Shown in pieces: positions 22,644 through 36,500 of a DNA stretch of 64,000 nt. The translations under genes and the position numbers were made by a program. The notes under the pieces are model-generated. The model was not told the DNA's origin and ran no database searches. It saw only the letters and a program-made list of their open reading frames with translations. Numbering within the stretch: the first letter of the stretch is position 1; every line of letters starts with the position of its first letter. This DNA comes from Azolla caroliniana (taxonomy: Eukaryota > Plantae > Polypodiophyta): positions 16,182,001 to 16,246,000 of the forward strand of contig JBHGNT010000007.1 in NCBI GenBank assembly GCA_043228905.1. Reading direction: 5' to 3'.

Positions 22644-25600
22644 CGCTCACTCACGTATAGACAAAGAAGCGCACGGGGACGCGGCCCAACAACACAAGAG
22701 ACACGAGTTGAGAACACTAGAGTATGTATGTAAATATATGCATGTATTTGTATGTATGCAGACGACTCGAACGGTTACAGCCGATCAAGTCGGCGAGGTG
22801 GATGCCGACGCCTGATCACCCACGCACACAGGGGAGCAAGATGGAGATTCTGTCGGAAGCTCACGATCGTTCCACGGAGCAGAATCAGCCTCCTAAGAAC
22901 CTGCGCAAAAGAAAGCTATGGAGAGAAGAAGAGCTCGGTCCCAGTCCGACAGCACTTCGTCCCCTCCAGCACGCGATACCTTCTCTCCCTGTCTCCCTCT
23001 CTTTTATAGCTCAAGGAGGGAGGCCGTCTTACCCGTTTACATCACATTAATTCTCTGTCCTTTCGGATAGAGATACTCCTCGATTCTCCCTATAGAATAT
23101 TGCTACCTAGAATTTGACCTTTGTTCCTACCTATCTACTGTACAACAAGGGGCGTGCCCACGTGTAAGGGCCGGTTCACTCACGCTATACACGGTTTGCG
23201 CCTGGGGACAGTTTTCTTCACGACAGCGCTTTACCCCTTAATTCCTCCTTAGGCTCCTTAGGCCGGTTTTCTTCACGACATCCAGCCCCACCAAACCGCA
23301 CATCCACAAGTATGCGCCAAGAGAGACAAATACCGTAGAAAACCAGCTCGTTTTCACCCGTCGATTTCCGGTTTGTTGTCCCCGTTGTCCGCACTTACCG
23401 GGTCTGGCTCGTCTTCGTGTCGTTTCTTGAGCGCCTTGATCCTCTTATTGGCTACCGGTACTGTTATCCGCGTTCCATCGAGCTCTGCGAGGTGGTAGGT
23501 GTCGTTGTTGTTCGTGCTAGTTACAACGTAGGGCCCGAACCACCTTCTCACGAACTTACGCATTGCCTTGTGCTGATTGTCAAGGCTATTGTCGTAAACC
23601 AGAATCCAATCGCCTTCCTCGACCTTCTTCAGTCGTAGCCGGTGTGTCCAGTCGAACTGGCCTTTATTTTCACCCTCGCCGCGTGCAGCTTCAACTTCGC
23701 CTGATCCACATCCTCCGGTCTTTGCTTGAGTTGGCAAATCCGTGCCGCCAACAACTCTTCCCGAATCATCTCGTCTCTCCAGTCCACCACAGCCCATGAG
23801 GAGATCGTCTGCTCCATCGGCATGACCAGCTTCTGCCCGTACATCAGCTCAACCGGCATGAACCCGGTTACCAAACTATGCATAGTTCGGTCCGCCCACA
23901 ACGCGTAAGGTAGGAGCCACGGCCAATTCCCGACTTGTCCTTCGCAAGCCCGCACCAACGCCTTCACAATCAGCTGGTGCCCGCGCTCTACCTTCCTGTT
24001 TGCCTCTGGATTGTACGTTGTAGTGAGGGAAAGCTTGACTCCTGATCGGCTGAACAACTCTTCCGCCTCCTACGCATCCAGCTCTCCTCAATCGGCCACG
24101 ATCTTCCCCATGCACCCGTACCGGCATACCACCTCCTCAATTAGGAACCGGCACACTACCCCAGTCGTCTTATTTTGCAGCGCACGGTCTTCTACCTAGT
24201 TCATCAGGTCCTCTCGTGCAAGCACCAGGTAACGCATCTGCCCTACCCCAATTGGCATCGTCACTAAGTCCACCATCCACTTGTAATGGATGGTCAGCAG
24301 GTAGGTCAGGTGGAGCTCATCTCGATGTCAAATCACGGAATGCATCTGGCAACTTTCGCAAGTCATCACGAACTAATGCACGCTCCGGTACATCCCTGGT
24401 CACCAATACTTCTCCTTTAGCTTCTCAAATGTGGCCCACGTCCCACGATGTCCGGCCCAAGGGCTCTTGTGACACGCTGACAACAAGGCCCTCTGCTCTT
24501 CCTCCCTTGCCACCACACGGTGTGGAACACGGCCCTACTTCTTTGGGTGCTTCCATATGTGTCTGTCTAGTAGGAAGAATCGGTACGCCTTCTTCCAGAT
24601 TCAGTTCGCCCCGTCCCTCATCCATGTTGCGTCTGGCGTCAACGTCCTCAAGAACCTGCCGATCTAGAGCCACTCCCCGTCGTACTCATCCTCGTCTAAT
24701 TCGTTAAGTGCTAGAGTGCGTCCCTCCCTCGCCACTATGTGAGCCGACTCGAAGAAGTCTACGCCAACCTCTTTGTCTTCTGAAACCATGCCATCCTTGT
24801 CGGTAAACCGCACCCTCGAAAGCATATCGGCCATGGTGTTGTCCTTTCCGGATATGTGTTGTATCTCCGGGTTCAAGGATTTAATGTACGCGATCCACCT
24901 GAGAATTTCCAAGTTTGGCGTCGCGCATCCTGAAACCATACAGAGGATCAGTAGGCAATCCATCTCAATTACTACCTCCGTCCCGATCAAATAGTCCTTG
25001 TCGGCCTTGACCGCCGAAACGATACCCCAGAGTTCGTATTTAACTTGGGCGTATCCTCGCTGCCACTCGCTCAGTACCATTGCTCCGAACCGGATGGGGA
25101 ACCTAGTGCCGCTCTCGTCCTCCTAATTGATCATCCATCCGATCCCGGTCGGGCTCGTGTCTACGGTTTCATAGATCGGAACCTCCTTGTTGTAAACTGC
25201 TTTCTGGAGTGTCAGTGCCACGGTAAGCACTTCTTTCAATCTCTAGACCGACTCCGTATGTTCCTTGTCCCATCTGAACTTACGCCCTTTCTTTAGCAAC
25301 CCGTAGAGTGGCTCCGCAACATGTGCGTAATGCGGGATCCAAATGTGATAGAACACGCATGTGCCCAGGAACCTCCGAACCTCCTTAACCGACTTGCATT
25401 CTTCCTTCATTTCGGAGATGGCTTCTACCTTCGCTGGAGACGGTTTCCGGCAAGTGTCCAACAACCAGGATCTCCGACTGCCTGAAAGATGATTTCTCTC
25501 CGAAGAAGGTGAGGCGCGTGCTCTCGAACCTCTGCAACACCTTCTCGCAACTGTGGATGTGATCCGAAACGAATTTCCGACATCCGTCCGGCCCACCCGA

Positions 25601-28600
25601 TTCATCCTTATCTTCCACCGGACATTCTTTTATGAGGATGTCGTCCAAGAATGGCATGGTGATGTCCAGGATGCAATCCCTAAGCACCTTATTCATTGCG
25701 TTCACCATGTGCGCCACCGAGTTGGTCCCTCCTTGCGGTAGGGTACACATCCGCACTAGGCTGAGAGGACTCCGCATCGTCGTAATATCCCTGCTCTCTA
25801 CGGCTAGTTGGAATTGGTTGTACCCCGAGTACAGATCACCAACCGAATAGATCAACCTCCCAGCGAAGGCCTCCGCGAACTCGTCGATGGTCGGCCCGAT
25901 ACCTGCGTTCTGAATGGTCACCTTGTTGAACAATTGTAGGTCCTGAATGAAGCGCAGCGTGCCGTTCTTCTTCGGCACGGTAAACCACCAATTCGAATAC
26001 AGGGCACTCGACAGCTCGAGGATGCCCATATCTACCTTCTGCTTCAACAACTCCATCAACTTCGGGATGTGAGCTCTGGGTACCGGAATCGGCTTGAAGA
26101 TAACCATTGGTTCCACGACCATCGGGTCCACGCGCCTGATCTCCTCCGGCGAGAATGCGAAGGCCTTCCCGTGCCTCCCGAGCATCCTCCGAAATCGGTC
26201 CTCCTCCTCCAGTAGTAGAAAGCCACCCCCACCGATCTTGAGCTCCCATAGCATTATCTCGGTGAACCGATGCCCTATGCCGTCCGGACTCCGCAAAGTT
26301 GGGTCTGACGCAACCCCCTTCATCCGTTCCTTGTTGCACCTCCGACAAGGGAGCCACAACTAGCCTCACCTTCGGGTCCACAGTCCGAAGAAGGCCTCTA
26401 CGCAGGCCGTCCGATCCGATTCGGCCTTCATCCCGAAGTCGGAAATGACTTCGTACATCTCCACAGAACCAACCGGAATCACCCGGTCATCGCTGAGGCC
26501 TTCTTCGACCACCTTCCCTATCTCTCTTAGGGTGTCGTCGAAAGAGACCCCCTCCACGGTGCCACCAATCTCTTCGTCGGGGTTGAGGGCTCCGTACGCC
26601 CTGAGGCGCTCCTCCGCCTGCTTCCTTTCCCAGCCGCTGATGCCGGTTATCGTACAACCTCCACTATCGGAGAACCAAAATTTCCTACCTATGGTACACA
26701 TGTGGGGATCCTCCGAGGTGTTCGGACTATCGCGGCCCCATGCGTTGATAGCCCTTTCTAAAAATCCCCTCGGTTGTCACCGCCAAGGGTCTCATGGTTG
26801 CGCTCATGGTTCGGTCGCACTGTCAGAAACTGAACAGAGTGTCGTCCATCTTGACTCTTAATGCGCACGTATGCCGAACCGTTATCCAGCACCTTGGTCT
26901 CCATGTGGGTTGCCGAAATGTATGGTTCGCCGAGTATCACCAGGTGCGAAGATGTCTCCTACACGAAAAAGTGTCGGTCAATCTCGACATCTCCGATCTT
27001 CACGCGTACATTCGGGCATGCCCCGTGCAGTTCCTCCGTAGCACGTGTCGCCGCGTGTATCTTCCACCCATGATTGGTGTTTATTGGCGACTTTCCCTTG
27101 TTGTAGAAGTCCATGGACATCAGGTTGATTTTAGATCCATGGTCTATCAATGCCACCACCGGCTCCTAGACGTTCCCGATCCGAACTAGGGTTTCCGTAG
27201 TAGCTCTTGCCCAGTGCAACTTCGAATAGTGGCTCTCCGCCAACTCGTCCTCGTAGGCCATATCTTCTAGGTGCGTCATCCGCACCTCCACGGGCTTCTC
27301 CGGTTCCGGCTCTGTCGAGAGCCGTTTGCGCTTCACCAAGTCCACAATGGAATCGTGGAACTCCTTGGCGATCCCGAGCACCTCCCTTAGTGACAGTTCA
27401 TCTTGCTGTTGAGAATCCGCTTCTCAAGGACCTTCCGTAGGTTCATCGACCTCTCTATCTCCGTGCTCAGCAGGTAATTGGCCCGCTTCGTTCTATCCAG
27501 TGCGCCAGGGTTACCGGCATCATTCTGCTTCGGCCCGAACCGGGTCTCATACCATTGTCACGTTATTGCACACGTGCGTGTAGAAAAGGGTGGGACCACG
27601 AGGGTCTCGGACGAGGGAAAAAGGGAAGCCAAGAAAACCGACTCCGGACACGACCCAGAGGCAACCGAACACGAGAGAGAGAGTGTGTGTGCGAACGACA
27701 CCGACTCTTATGCACAGGGAACGAAGGGCTATGCTCCCGACACCACCGGATACACCAATATGCACAAACAAATACAAGCATATATATAACAAAGGAAAGA
27801 TACAACCTCGGCTTCGAACCGGGCTACGCTCAAAAGAAAAGACGTTAACCCTAACAGAGCTTTGCCGCCATGGCTACTGCACCCAGCTTCTCAAGAAGGA
27901 GAAGAAGAAGAAGACCACAAGACAGTTACTAACCCTAGAAATTCTTAACAAAAAGACCCTCTACAAAATGGTATACCCTTACGACTCAAAATGGGCAACC
28001 CCATTCAAGAGACCCCTCCCTTTCTTTTATAGCCCAAGGAGGGAGGACCGTTACAATGTGGGATCAATACTCCCCCCCCCCCCCTTTCTATACATCGTTC
28101 CCTACTATACATGTGCACATGTTGCACACCACTGACTTGCCCTTTCCACCCCGGTTTCACACCGTAGCCGGAAATCTTCACGACATCCACCCCCACCAAA
28201 CCGCACATCCACCGGTATGTGCCAAGAAAAGAAATGGGTGAGAAATTTCGGCGACGGTGATCAACTGGGTCCTCCGCCTTACCGGCACCCGACCGTCTCG
28301 TTGGCTCCTTGCCGGCCCCGATCCGTCGACTTCCGCACCGCACCTGTCCTCCTTCCGGGAACTCGCCTCCATGGCCATCCTTGTTGTTGCCCATCACCTT
28401 CATCCCCTCGCCACCACCTTCCTTCTCCTTGGTCTTACGTTGCCTCAGCGGCTCGAACTACCAAAGTCTCTGGAACCGGTGTGGAGGATCCCTCTCCAGC
28501 CTTCTGTTCAAGATCACCTGAACCGGCAACCATACTTCGCGCCTATACTCCCTTTCGGTACCTCCGTGTGCCGACATTCCCTCCTCATAGTTCGGCACCC

Positions 28601-29337
28601 TCTTGCACGTGTGACCCTTTCGCACGTGTTGTCAACCCTTGCCCGGCCATATTGTGCATCGCCTTCCTCTCCGCATACCAGTGTCCTCCGTGTCCGGGGA
28701 AAACCTTGTAGTAGCCCACTTGGCCCCCTTTCGTCTCGCGCCGCTGCGACCGGTCTGAAGCCTTCTGCTTGTCGTCGTCCCCTCGCCCCCACCGGCTTGT
28801 CATCTCGGGCTTGTCTTGCCACGCCAGTCATTGCCACTCCGGCTGAGCCGCCGAGATCTCCAAAGCGAGTATGCGGGATCCTTCTCCAACTCTTGATACT
28901 GTCATGATATGGCAAGACTCGAACCCATGACCTTATGCTACATGGGTCGAGCTCTTGACCATTAGACTATACATTGTAATACATAAAATATTATTTTCAT
29001 TTATGTTTTATTCTAGAAAATTGATGTATATTCCAGATTTCTCTGGAACATTCCAGAAACTTCAGGAGTATTCCTTAGAACACTATAAAAGGAGGCACAA
29101 GGCATTATTTCGAACCAAATCGGTTCAACGCCAGTCTTAAGCCTCCTAGCTACTGTACATTTTCTTCACATAATATATATCTTTTCTTATCATCACTCTC
29201 TCTCTCTCTCTCGATCGATCTCTCTCTCCCTCCCTCTCACTCACTCTTTCCTTCTCTCGAGAGTTCTTCACCTCTCTTAGTACTAATACTTCTTTTAGTA
29301 CTAATTCCTTCTCTGTCTTAGTACTGTTCCTGACAAT

Positions 29338-29349
29338 TTGAACCGATTT
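29338..29349 (+). promoter_or_regulatory. Self-priming PBS of element D
   Basis: TTGAACCGATTT is the exact reverse complement of LTR 29117-29128 (AAATCGGTTCAA), which lies ~33 nt downstream of TATAAAA (29084). There is no TGG tRNA-type start. Confidence 0.85.
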
Positions 29350-29408
29350 TCCTACCTTCTGTCTCTCTCATTTCCTACTAATCTCTTATTCCTCTTTTCT
29401 TTCATCCC

Positions 29409-30560
29409 ATGGCCACTGTTAGCGCTGAAGAATATCAATCTGTTTTCTCGGAATTTCAATGCTTGAAAGAGAAGTTCCATGCTTTGGAACAAGAAAACCA
29501 ACGGTTGTTGGGGGATCTTCAGCAAATCTCCTTAGAAAAGCAGCAAACACAACAACAGCATGGGGAACTTGCGTTACGCGTGCAACAACTCAAAGCAACC
29601 ATCGTAGCGATGCAACAACAAGGGCCCGGAACACAAGGGATTCATAAAGAACCCAAGATTGGCCTACCCATGAAGTTCGATGGAACACGATCGCAGTTTA
29701 GAGGGTTCCTTAACCAGGTACGATTAGTTATTCAAATGCATCCTTCCCGGTATCCCACCGATGCATCACAAGTGGGTTTAGTAGGCACTTTGTTAAGTGG
29801 CTCAGCGTTGGCATGGTTCGCTCCACTATTAGAAACGGAATCTCCATTACTCAACAATTTTGAAGAGTTTCTAGGTGAGTTTAAAGCATGTTTCGAAGAT
29901 ACTGACAGCATCAGGACCGCAATCAACAAAATTCGGCGATTACGCCAAGGTGACCGTCCAGCCTCCGCATACGCTGCAGATTTTCGCCTACTCGCCGCCG
30001 ATATCCCTTGGGATGATCAAGAGTTGATGGAGCAATTCCGTTATGGTTTACACAACGACGTCAGGGATTTACTCTTGACCTTCCCCGAAGAGCCAAAGTC
30101 CTTAACATAAGCAATCAGTCGCGCGGTGAGATGTGACAACCGCCTCTTTCAACGACGTTCGAAACGACAGCTACAGATGCCGAGGGCAAGATCAGAGCCC
30201 ACCTACGCCTCAGTGGTAGCAAGACCTTTTCCGAGGGAGTCATATAATGCGCCTCCAGTGAATACTCCGACTCCGATGGAGATTGACACTACACGTCGTC
30301 AAGGGCCATTATCCGAAGAAGAAAAGTAGCAACGCCGTACAAATCGACTATGTCTTTACTGCGGTGGACCAAGACATATTGCAATAAATTGCCCCCATAG
30401 GCCAAGAAGACAGGTAAACCAAATAGTCGCTAGTTCTAATTGTACTAAACCCGAGCCTATTTCAGTAGGGATATCTAATAGTCCTAATAGTACTAATAGC
30501 CCAGATCTAGCGAACAGATTTGATGTCCTTAGTCAGTTAGAAAAAGAGTTAAACGACTAA
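29409..30560 (+). pseudogene. gag of D (PEG10/sushi-type), with in-frame stops
   Basis: ORFs 29409-30110 and 30126-30329 are in the same frame. PMEID motif and CLYCGG knuckle. Confidence 0.88.
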
Positions 30561-32717
30561 GTCCAGCCAAAATAGGAGCCGTTTGGTTGGAGAGCCCTAG
30601 ATCTGTGCAGCCCATTAGTGATTCCATTCCCTCTAAGCAAGTTAGTGATAGTTAGTACTAAAAGTACCCCTCCAATACATGTCCTAGCACTCCTAGATTC
30701 CGGAGCTAACTCTTGCTTTATGGATAAGAAATTTGCTCAAGCTCATAAGATATCCCTAAGAAAACTCCAGTGTCCAACCTCTGTAGTAGCCATTGATGGA
30801 CGTCCCATTGCTTTCGGAAATATCATAGAAGAGTCAAAGCCCATTAATATTGTCCTAGATAATTTAGCATGTGTAGTATCATTTAATATTATTAGTATCC
30901 TAGAACATCCCATAGTTTTAGGATTACTATGGTTCGAGTTACATAACCCAGACATAGATTGGAGAACAAGAGAAATCCGGTGTCGACAAACCCAAGGATC
31001 AACTCAGAAGATGGCAACCATTTCGCTACGTTAGTTGCGTAAAGAAGGGCACAAGGAGGAAATGTTCCTCTTTGCAATATCAATAAACCCCTCCAGCACC
31101 ACTAAAGAAGAATCCACCGTTCAACTTCCCGAGAAGTATCGTCATTACGCCAATGTGTTCGATAAAGTACATGCCAACACACTTCCTCATCATCGACCGT
31201 ACGATTGCCCCATCGATTTACAACCGGGAAAAGAGCCGCCATGGGGACCGATCTACAATTTGTCACCAACCGAGCTGGAATTCCTTCGGTCCTATATAGA
31301 GGAGAATTTGGAAAATGGTTTCATCCGGCATTCAAAATCTCCAGCCGGCGCGCCCATTTTCTTCGTCAAGAAAAAGGATGGATCGCTTCGTCTCGTTGTA
31401 GATTACCATGGCCTGAATAAGGTTACAATCAGGAATAGGTATGCTCTTCCCCTTATCTCAAGTCTTTTAGAACGGATCAATGGTGTCAGGTTCTTCACGA
31501 AGATCGACTTACGGGAGCATATAACCTCGTACAGATCCGACCAGGAGACGAATGGAATACCGCGTTTCGCACCAGATATGGGCACTTCGAGTATACGGTC
31601 ATGCCGTTCGGCCTCACTAATGCACCGGCAGTCTTCCAGCACATGGCTAATGATATATTATGACATCTATTGGATGATTGTTTGATCATCTATTTGGATG
31701 ATCTACTGGTTTATTCAAAGACCCAAGAAGAACATGATTCTCATGTACTATTAGTACTAAAACGACTTCGAGAACATGGTCTGTATGCAAAGCTGGAAAA
31801 ATGTAGTTTCGGGTGCAACCAAGTGGAATTTCTCGGCTACATCATTTCGTCAGAAGGCATCTCCATGGACCCAGTTAAGGTCAAAACGGTGGTAGAATGG
31901 CAGACTCTGCGTTCGGTGCGGGATGTGCAATGCTTCCTAGGCTTTGCCAATTTTTACCGGAAGTTCATACAAGTTTACTCAAAGATCGTTCTACCTCTCA
32001 CACAACTTACCAGGAAGGGACAACCGTTCATCTGGTCTAAAGAAACGGACGTGGCTTTTGAGAGTCTTAAAAAGGCATTTACATCGGCTCCAATTCTAGC
32101 TCATGTCGTTCCGGAAAAACCATTCATTATCGAAGATGACACATCGGATTTTGCATTGGGGAGCATTCTGTCACAACAGGGGAATGATGAGAAGCTACAT
32201 CTTGTGGCTTTTCACTCATGCAAGTTTGACGCCGCCGAAATCAACTACGAAATTCATGATAAGGAGCTATTAGCAATAGTGGATTCTTTTATGCAATGGA
32301 GGCATTTTCTGGAGGGATCCTCTCATCCGGTCACCGTATTTAGTCACCACAAGAACCTTGCCTACTTTTAGGATGCTCGTGTGTTGAATCGACGTCAAGC
32401 TCGGTGGGCCCACTTCCTCACGCATTTCGACTTCAAAATTACATATCGTCCGGGGAAGCACCAAGGGAAGGCAGATGCATTATCACAACGTTCGTATCTA
32501 GCACCCCGTCTCGGCGAGCCAGCTTTCGATAACCAAAAACAAGTCATCTTGGGACCGGCACGACTACAAGCAACACAGATCTTTGACATGCCCATAGATT
32601 CCCGCATTATCGATACCATACACGAAGACTTGAAGACAGATGCGTTCGCCCAAGCTATACTAGCACAAATTGATCCCTCTCGAGCGTTGTGTTCACAGTC
32701 GCAACCACCAGGTACGG

Positions 32718-33321
32718 TGTCGTGAAGAATTTCGGCCAGAGGCGGAAACCGGGAAACATTGGCTACATCGGCGGGGTGCAGCGTGTGTACGCACCCATGT
32801 ACATTTAGTGTGAATAACGAGGGCGCCTTTATGGCGCCAAAGAGTAGTCAAGTCGGGACAGACGGTCCCATGTAAGTCGGGGTTTATCCCACATTGTAAC
32901 GCATCCCTATCCTTGTTCTATAAAAGGAAGGGAACGCCCTTTGTGAAAGGGTTGCCCATTTTGCATTAGAGGGTATACCGTTAGGTTTAGAGTTAGTTTC
33001 TTCTTCTTCTTCTCCCCCTTCGTGTTCTCTTAGGGTTTGCTTCAGCTCATCTCCTGCGCAAGACCCCGCTCAGCGCGACGAGCCCGTGAGCTCCCCGACC
33101 GGCGGCTTGGCAGCTGATGACTACTGTAACCTACCACGGTCCGGCTCAACGCCAGGAATGTATTCTTCTTTTATATATATATATACGTTTGCGTCTGTCT
33201 GTGTATATTCGCATCTTCGTTGGTGTCGAGTGCTTCCCCCTTCCTGCTTTTCCTGTACTTAAGGGTGTGAGTCGGGTTGGCCTGTGTGTGTGTGAGTGTG
33301 TGTGCGTGAGTCGATGTTAAA

Positions 33322-33396
<75 letters not shown>

Positions 33397-33523
33397 GTTG
33401 CTTCCAGTGTGCTTCTGGGATGCCCCGGAGACGGTGAAGCGCGACTTCCTACGCTCCATCACTCCCTAGTCCAAGACCCCCGTGGTCCCGCCTTTCTCCA
33501 CGCACGCGCGTAACAACGTGACA
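32718..33523 (+). mobile_element. Solo LTR E of the Trp-primed family, inserted in D pol
   Basis: TGTCGTGAAG...CGTGACA. 4-bp TSD ACGG (32714-32717 / 33524-33527). Removing it restores the PPGTDYRQFKY reading. Long (CT)n tract. Confidence 0.92.
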
Positions 33524-36500
33524 ACGGACTATCGGCAATTCAAATACCATGATGGATTACTCTTCTTTAAAGAACTTTTGTATGTTCCTAATGGTTCTTG
33601 CCGCCTTCAAGTAGTACAAAACTGTCATGACACATATACAACTGGGCATTTTGGTAGTACTAAAACACTACATTTAGTACAACGATCATTCTGGTGGCCC
33701 TGTATGCGACAATTTGTCGAGGATTTTGTTCGGACTTGTGATACATGCTGCAGAGCAAAAATGCCAAGGCATCGTCCATATGGTTTATTAGAACCATTAC
33801 CAATTCCAAGCAAGCCATGGCAATCCATTGCTCTAGACTTCATCACAGATCTTCCAGTCTCTAAGGGGTTCAATGCGATTCTAACGGTGGTCGATCGATA
33901 TACAAAGATGGCTCATTTCTTGCCATGTACTAAGGAGTTCTCCAGTGAAGACACTGCCGAAATTGTCATGCGTGAAGTATGTCGGCATCGTGGACTTCCC
34001 GATAGTATCATCAGTGACCGTGGACCCCAGTTTGTGTCAAAATTCTGGAAGCACCTTTTTAACATGCTCAAGGTCACTTGTAACCTCTCCTCCGGCTACC
34101 ACCCACAAACCGACGTCCAAGCCGAATGAACCAATCAAACGCTGGAGCAGTATCTGCGGTGCTTTCTCAGCTATCATCAAGATGACTGGGCAGATATTCT
34201 CCACTTCGCCTAATTTTCCTATAAAAACTCTATCCACGCATCCACGAAAGTTATGCCCTTTTATGCTTATACGGGATGTCACCCCCGGTGGTGTGTACTT
34301 GAAACCCTAGAGGTGTCCACAAATCCTTGCGCAGAGGATCATTTGGAGAGGTTACGCAAGATACAAGGGGATTTATCTACTCATCTCCAACAAGCTCAAC
34401 AAACACACAAGGTTTATGCAGATCGTCATCGACTCCCATCTAGTTTTAACATTGGAGATCGGGTATGGCTACTCCGACGACACATCAAGACTACTCGCCC
34501 ATGCGAGAAGTTGGATTATCGGCGATTAGGTCCTTTCCGTATTATCGGAAAGATTAATGATGTCGCATTTCGTCTTGATCTACCTCCACAACATCGGATA
34601 CATCCGGTGTTTCATAGTTCTCTCCTTGAACCCTATCAAGAGAGCACCATCTGTATCCGATGTTTCATAGTTCTCTCCTTCAACCCTATCAAGAGAGCAC
34701 CATCCCAAGACGTATTACACAGCCTCCACCCCCGATCGAGCTTGAAGATGGACCTGAGTACGAGGTTGCCGCCATCCTTGATTCCACGCTTGTTCGCAAC
34801 AAGCTCTACTATCTAGTCGATTGGCTAGGATATAGTCCCAGCGAGCATACTTGGGAACCAATAGAGAATGTCACCAATGCTCGTGCTCTTCTTGAAGACT
34901 TCCATCGTCAATATCCAGACAAACCGGGTCCTCAATCCAAAACGACTCGTTACACTCGTCGTTTTAAAGGGGGAATAGTGTCATGATATGGCAAGACTCG
35001 AACCCATGACCTTATGCTACATGGGTCGAGCTCTTGACCATTAGACTATACATTGTAATACATAGAATATTATTTTCATTTATATTTTATTATAGAAAAT
35101 TGATGTATATTCCAGATTTCTCTGGAACATTCTAGAAACTTCAAGAGTATTCCTTAGAACACTATAAAAGGAGGCACAAGGCATTATTTCGAACCAAATC
35201 GGTTCAACGCCAGTCTTAAGCCTCCTAGCTACTGTACATTTTCTTCACATGATATATATCTTTTCTCATCACACTCTCTCTCTCTCTCGATCTCTCTCTC
35301 CCTCCCTCTCACTCACTCTTTCCTTCTCTCGAGAGTTCTTCACCTCTCTTAGTACTAATACTTCTTTTAGTACTAATTCCTTCTCTGTCTTAGTATTGTT
35401 CCTGACAGATACCATCTCCGGTCTTCAACCGTGTAGTCTGTTGCGCACCCATGTTACCTCGTTCCCGGCACCTCCGTGTGCCGTTTTCCGTCTTCCTTGT
35501 TCGGCCCTGCCCGTGCCGAACACCGTCCCATACTCGTGCTTGCTTCGGCCCTTGATGGCCACACGCAAGTCTTTCGTTCCGCTCCCAGGTGTGCCTTTCC
35601 AACTTGACACACCGCTCCATGCCTGCCCTTACCGGCTATTTTCCTTCCGAAACTACAACCGACCGTTAAGGGTTTGGCCTTTGTCAACTCCGACCTCGCC
35701 TACTCCCGGTCTGCTCTTCTTGCATCGTCGGTTCCCATTTCCTGCCACCACCGTCCTTCTCACTCGATCTCACGTTGCCACGTCGGCTTGAACTGCTGGT
35801 GTCTCCAGATCGGTGTCAGGATCCCATAGGACCGATCTTTCTCCCTCTTCTCCTTCCATCGACCTTGCCGGAACGTCCAGTTGTGGTTTGTGGCCGCCTC
35901 GTCGGCCCAATACCTCCTTGCCGCTCTACCTTCGTCATCTGATCATGTTGTCGTGAAGATTTTTGGCAATGGTGTGAAAATCACATAAAACATACAAAAT
36001 CGAGTATGAATCACATAAAACAATAATAGTGAAGTATCTAAGTACAAAATGATGGAGGTCTTCAAGAGCTTTCGAATGCACTTTATTACACAAGAAACGG
36101 ACAACTAGATGTCAAGATATGAGAGTATAAAGTTTGTGAAAGGAAAAGAGAAAACTGTGAGATATCCCACATATGCACGACAAATACGGCTCTCATCATA
36201 TATAGCGTAGAGAAAAAGCTATTAACTTTGTGTCTATGTGTTGAGCATATAGAGTTCAAGGTAACTTGAACTAAGAGTGGAGGTGGCCTAGCCACTCGTA
36301 AAGGTTTTGGCCAACCAAAACGGAACTGGACGGTAACCGGCGATCGGTGATGTGGCGGTATCGGCATTCGGCGGAGCTGGCGAGGCGATGGCGTCGGATA
36401 CAAGAATTCGAGAAGATGCTGAAAGAAGAAAACATAATAGAAGAAGGAGAGTTCGTGACTCATATTATGGAAGAAGCCTCATTTAACGACACCATCGGCG

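Larger units (their letters stand above)
5458..23225 (-). mobile_element. Element A2: full-length but mutated Trp-primed Ty3/gypsy element inserted in the 3' LTR of B. 3' LTR 5458-16833 (interrupted twice); 5' LTR 22542-23225
   Basis: 4-bp TSD GCGC (5454-5457 / 23226-23229). Matching LTRs, PBS at 22520, PPT at 16834-16845. Confidence 0.92.
28900..35407 (+). mobile_element. Element D: Tcn1/Tf1-like chromovirus (mutated); LTRs 28900-29335 and 34979-35407
   Basis: 5-bp TSD GATAC (28895-28899 / 35408-35412). PPT AAAGGGGGAATAG at 34966-34978. Gag PKIGLPMKFDG, PR LLDSGA, RT YLDD, IN, chromodomain EYEVAAILD...YLVDWLGY...TWEP. Confidence 0.95.

Noticed and set aside
34602-34705. ~50-bp duplication near the end of D integrase as a regulatory feature
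   Set aside because: Simple frameshifting tandem duplication in an already dead copy.
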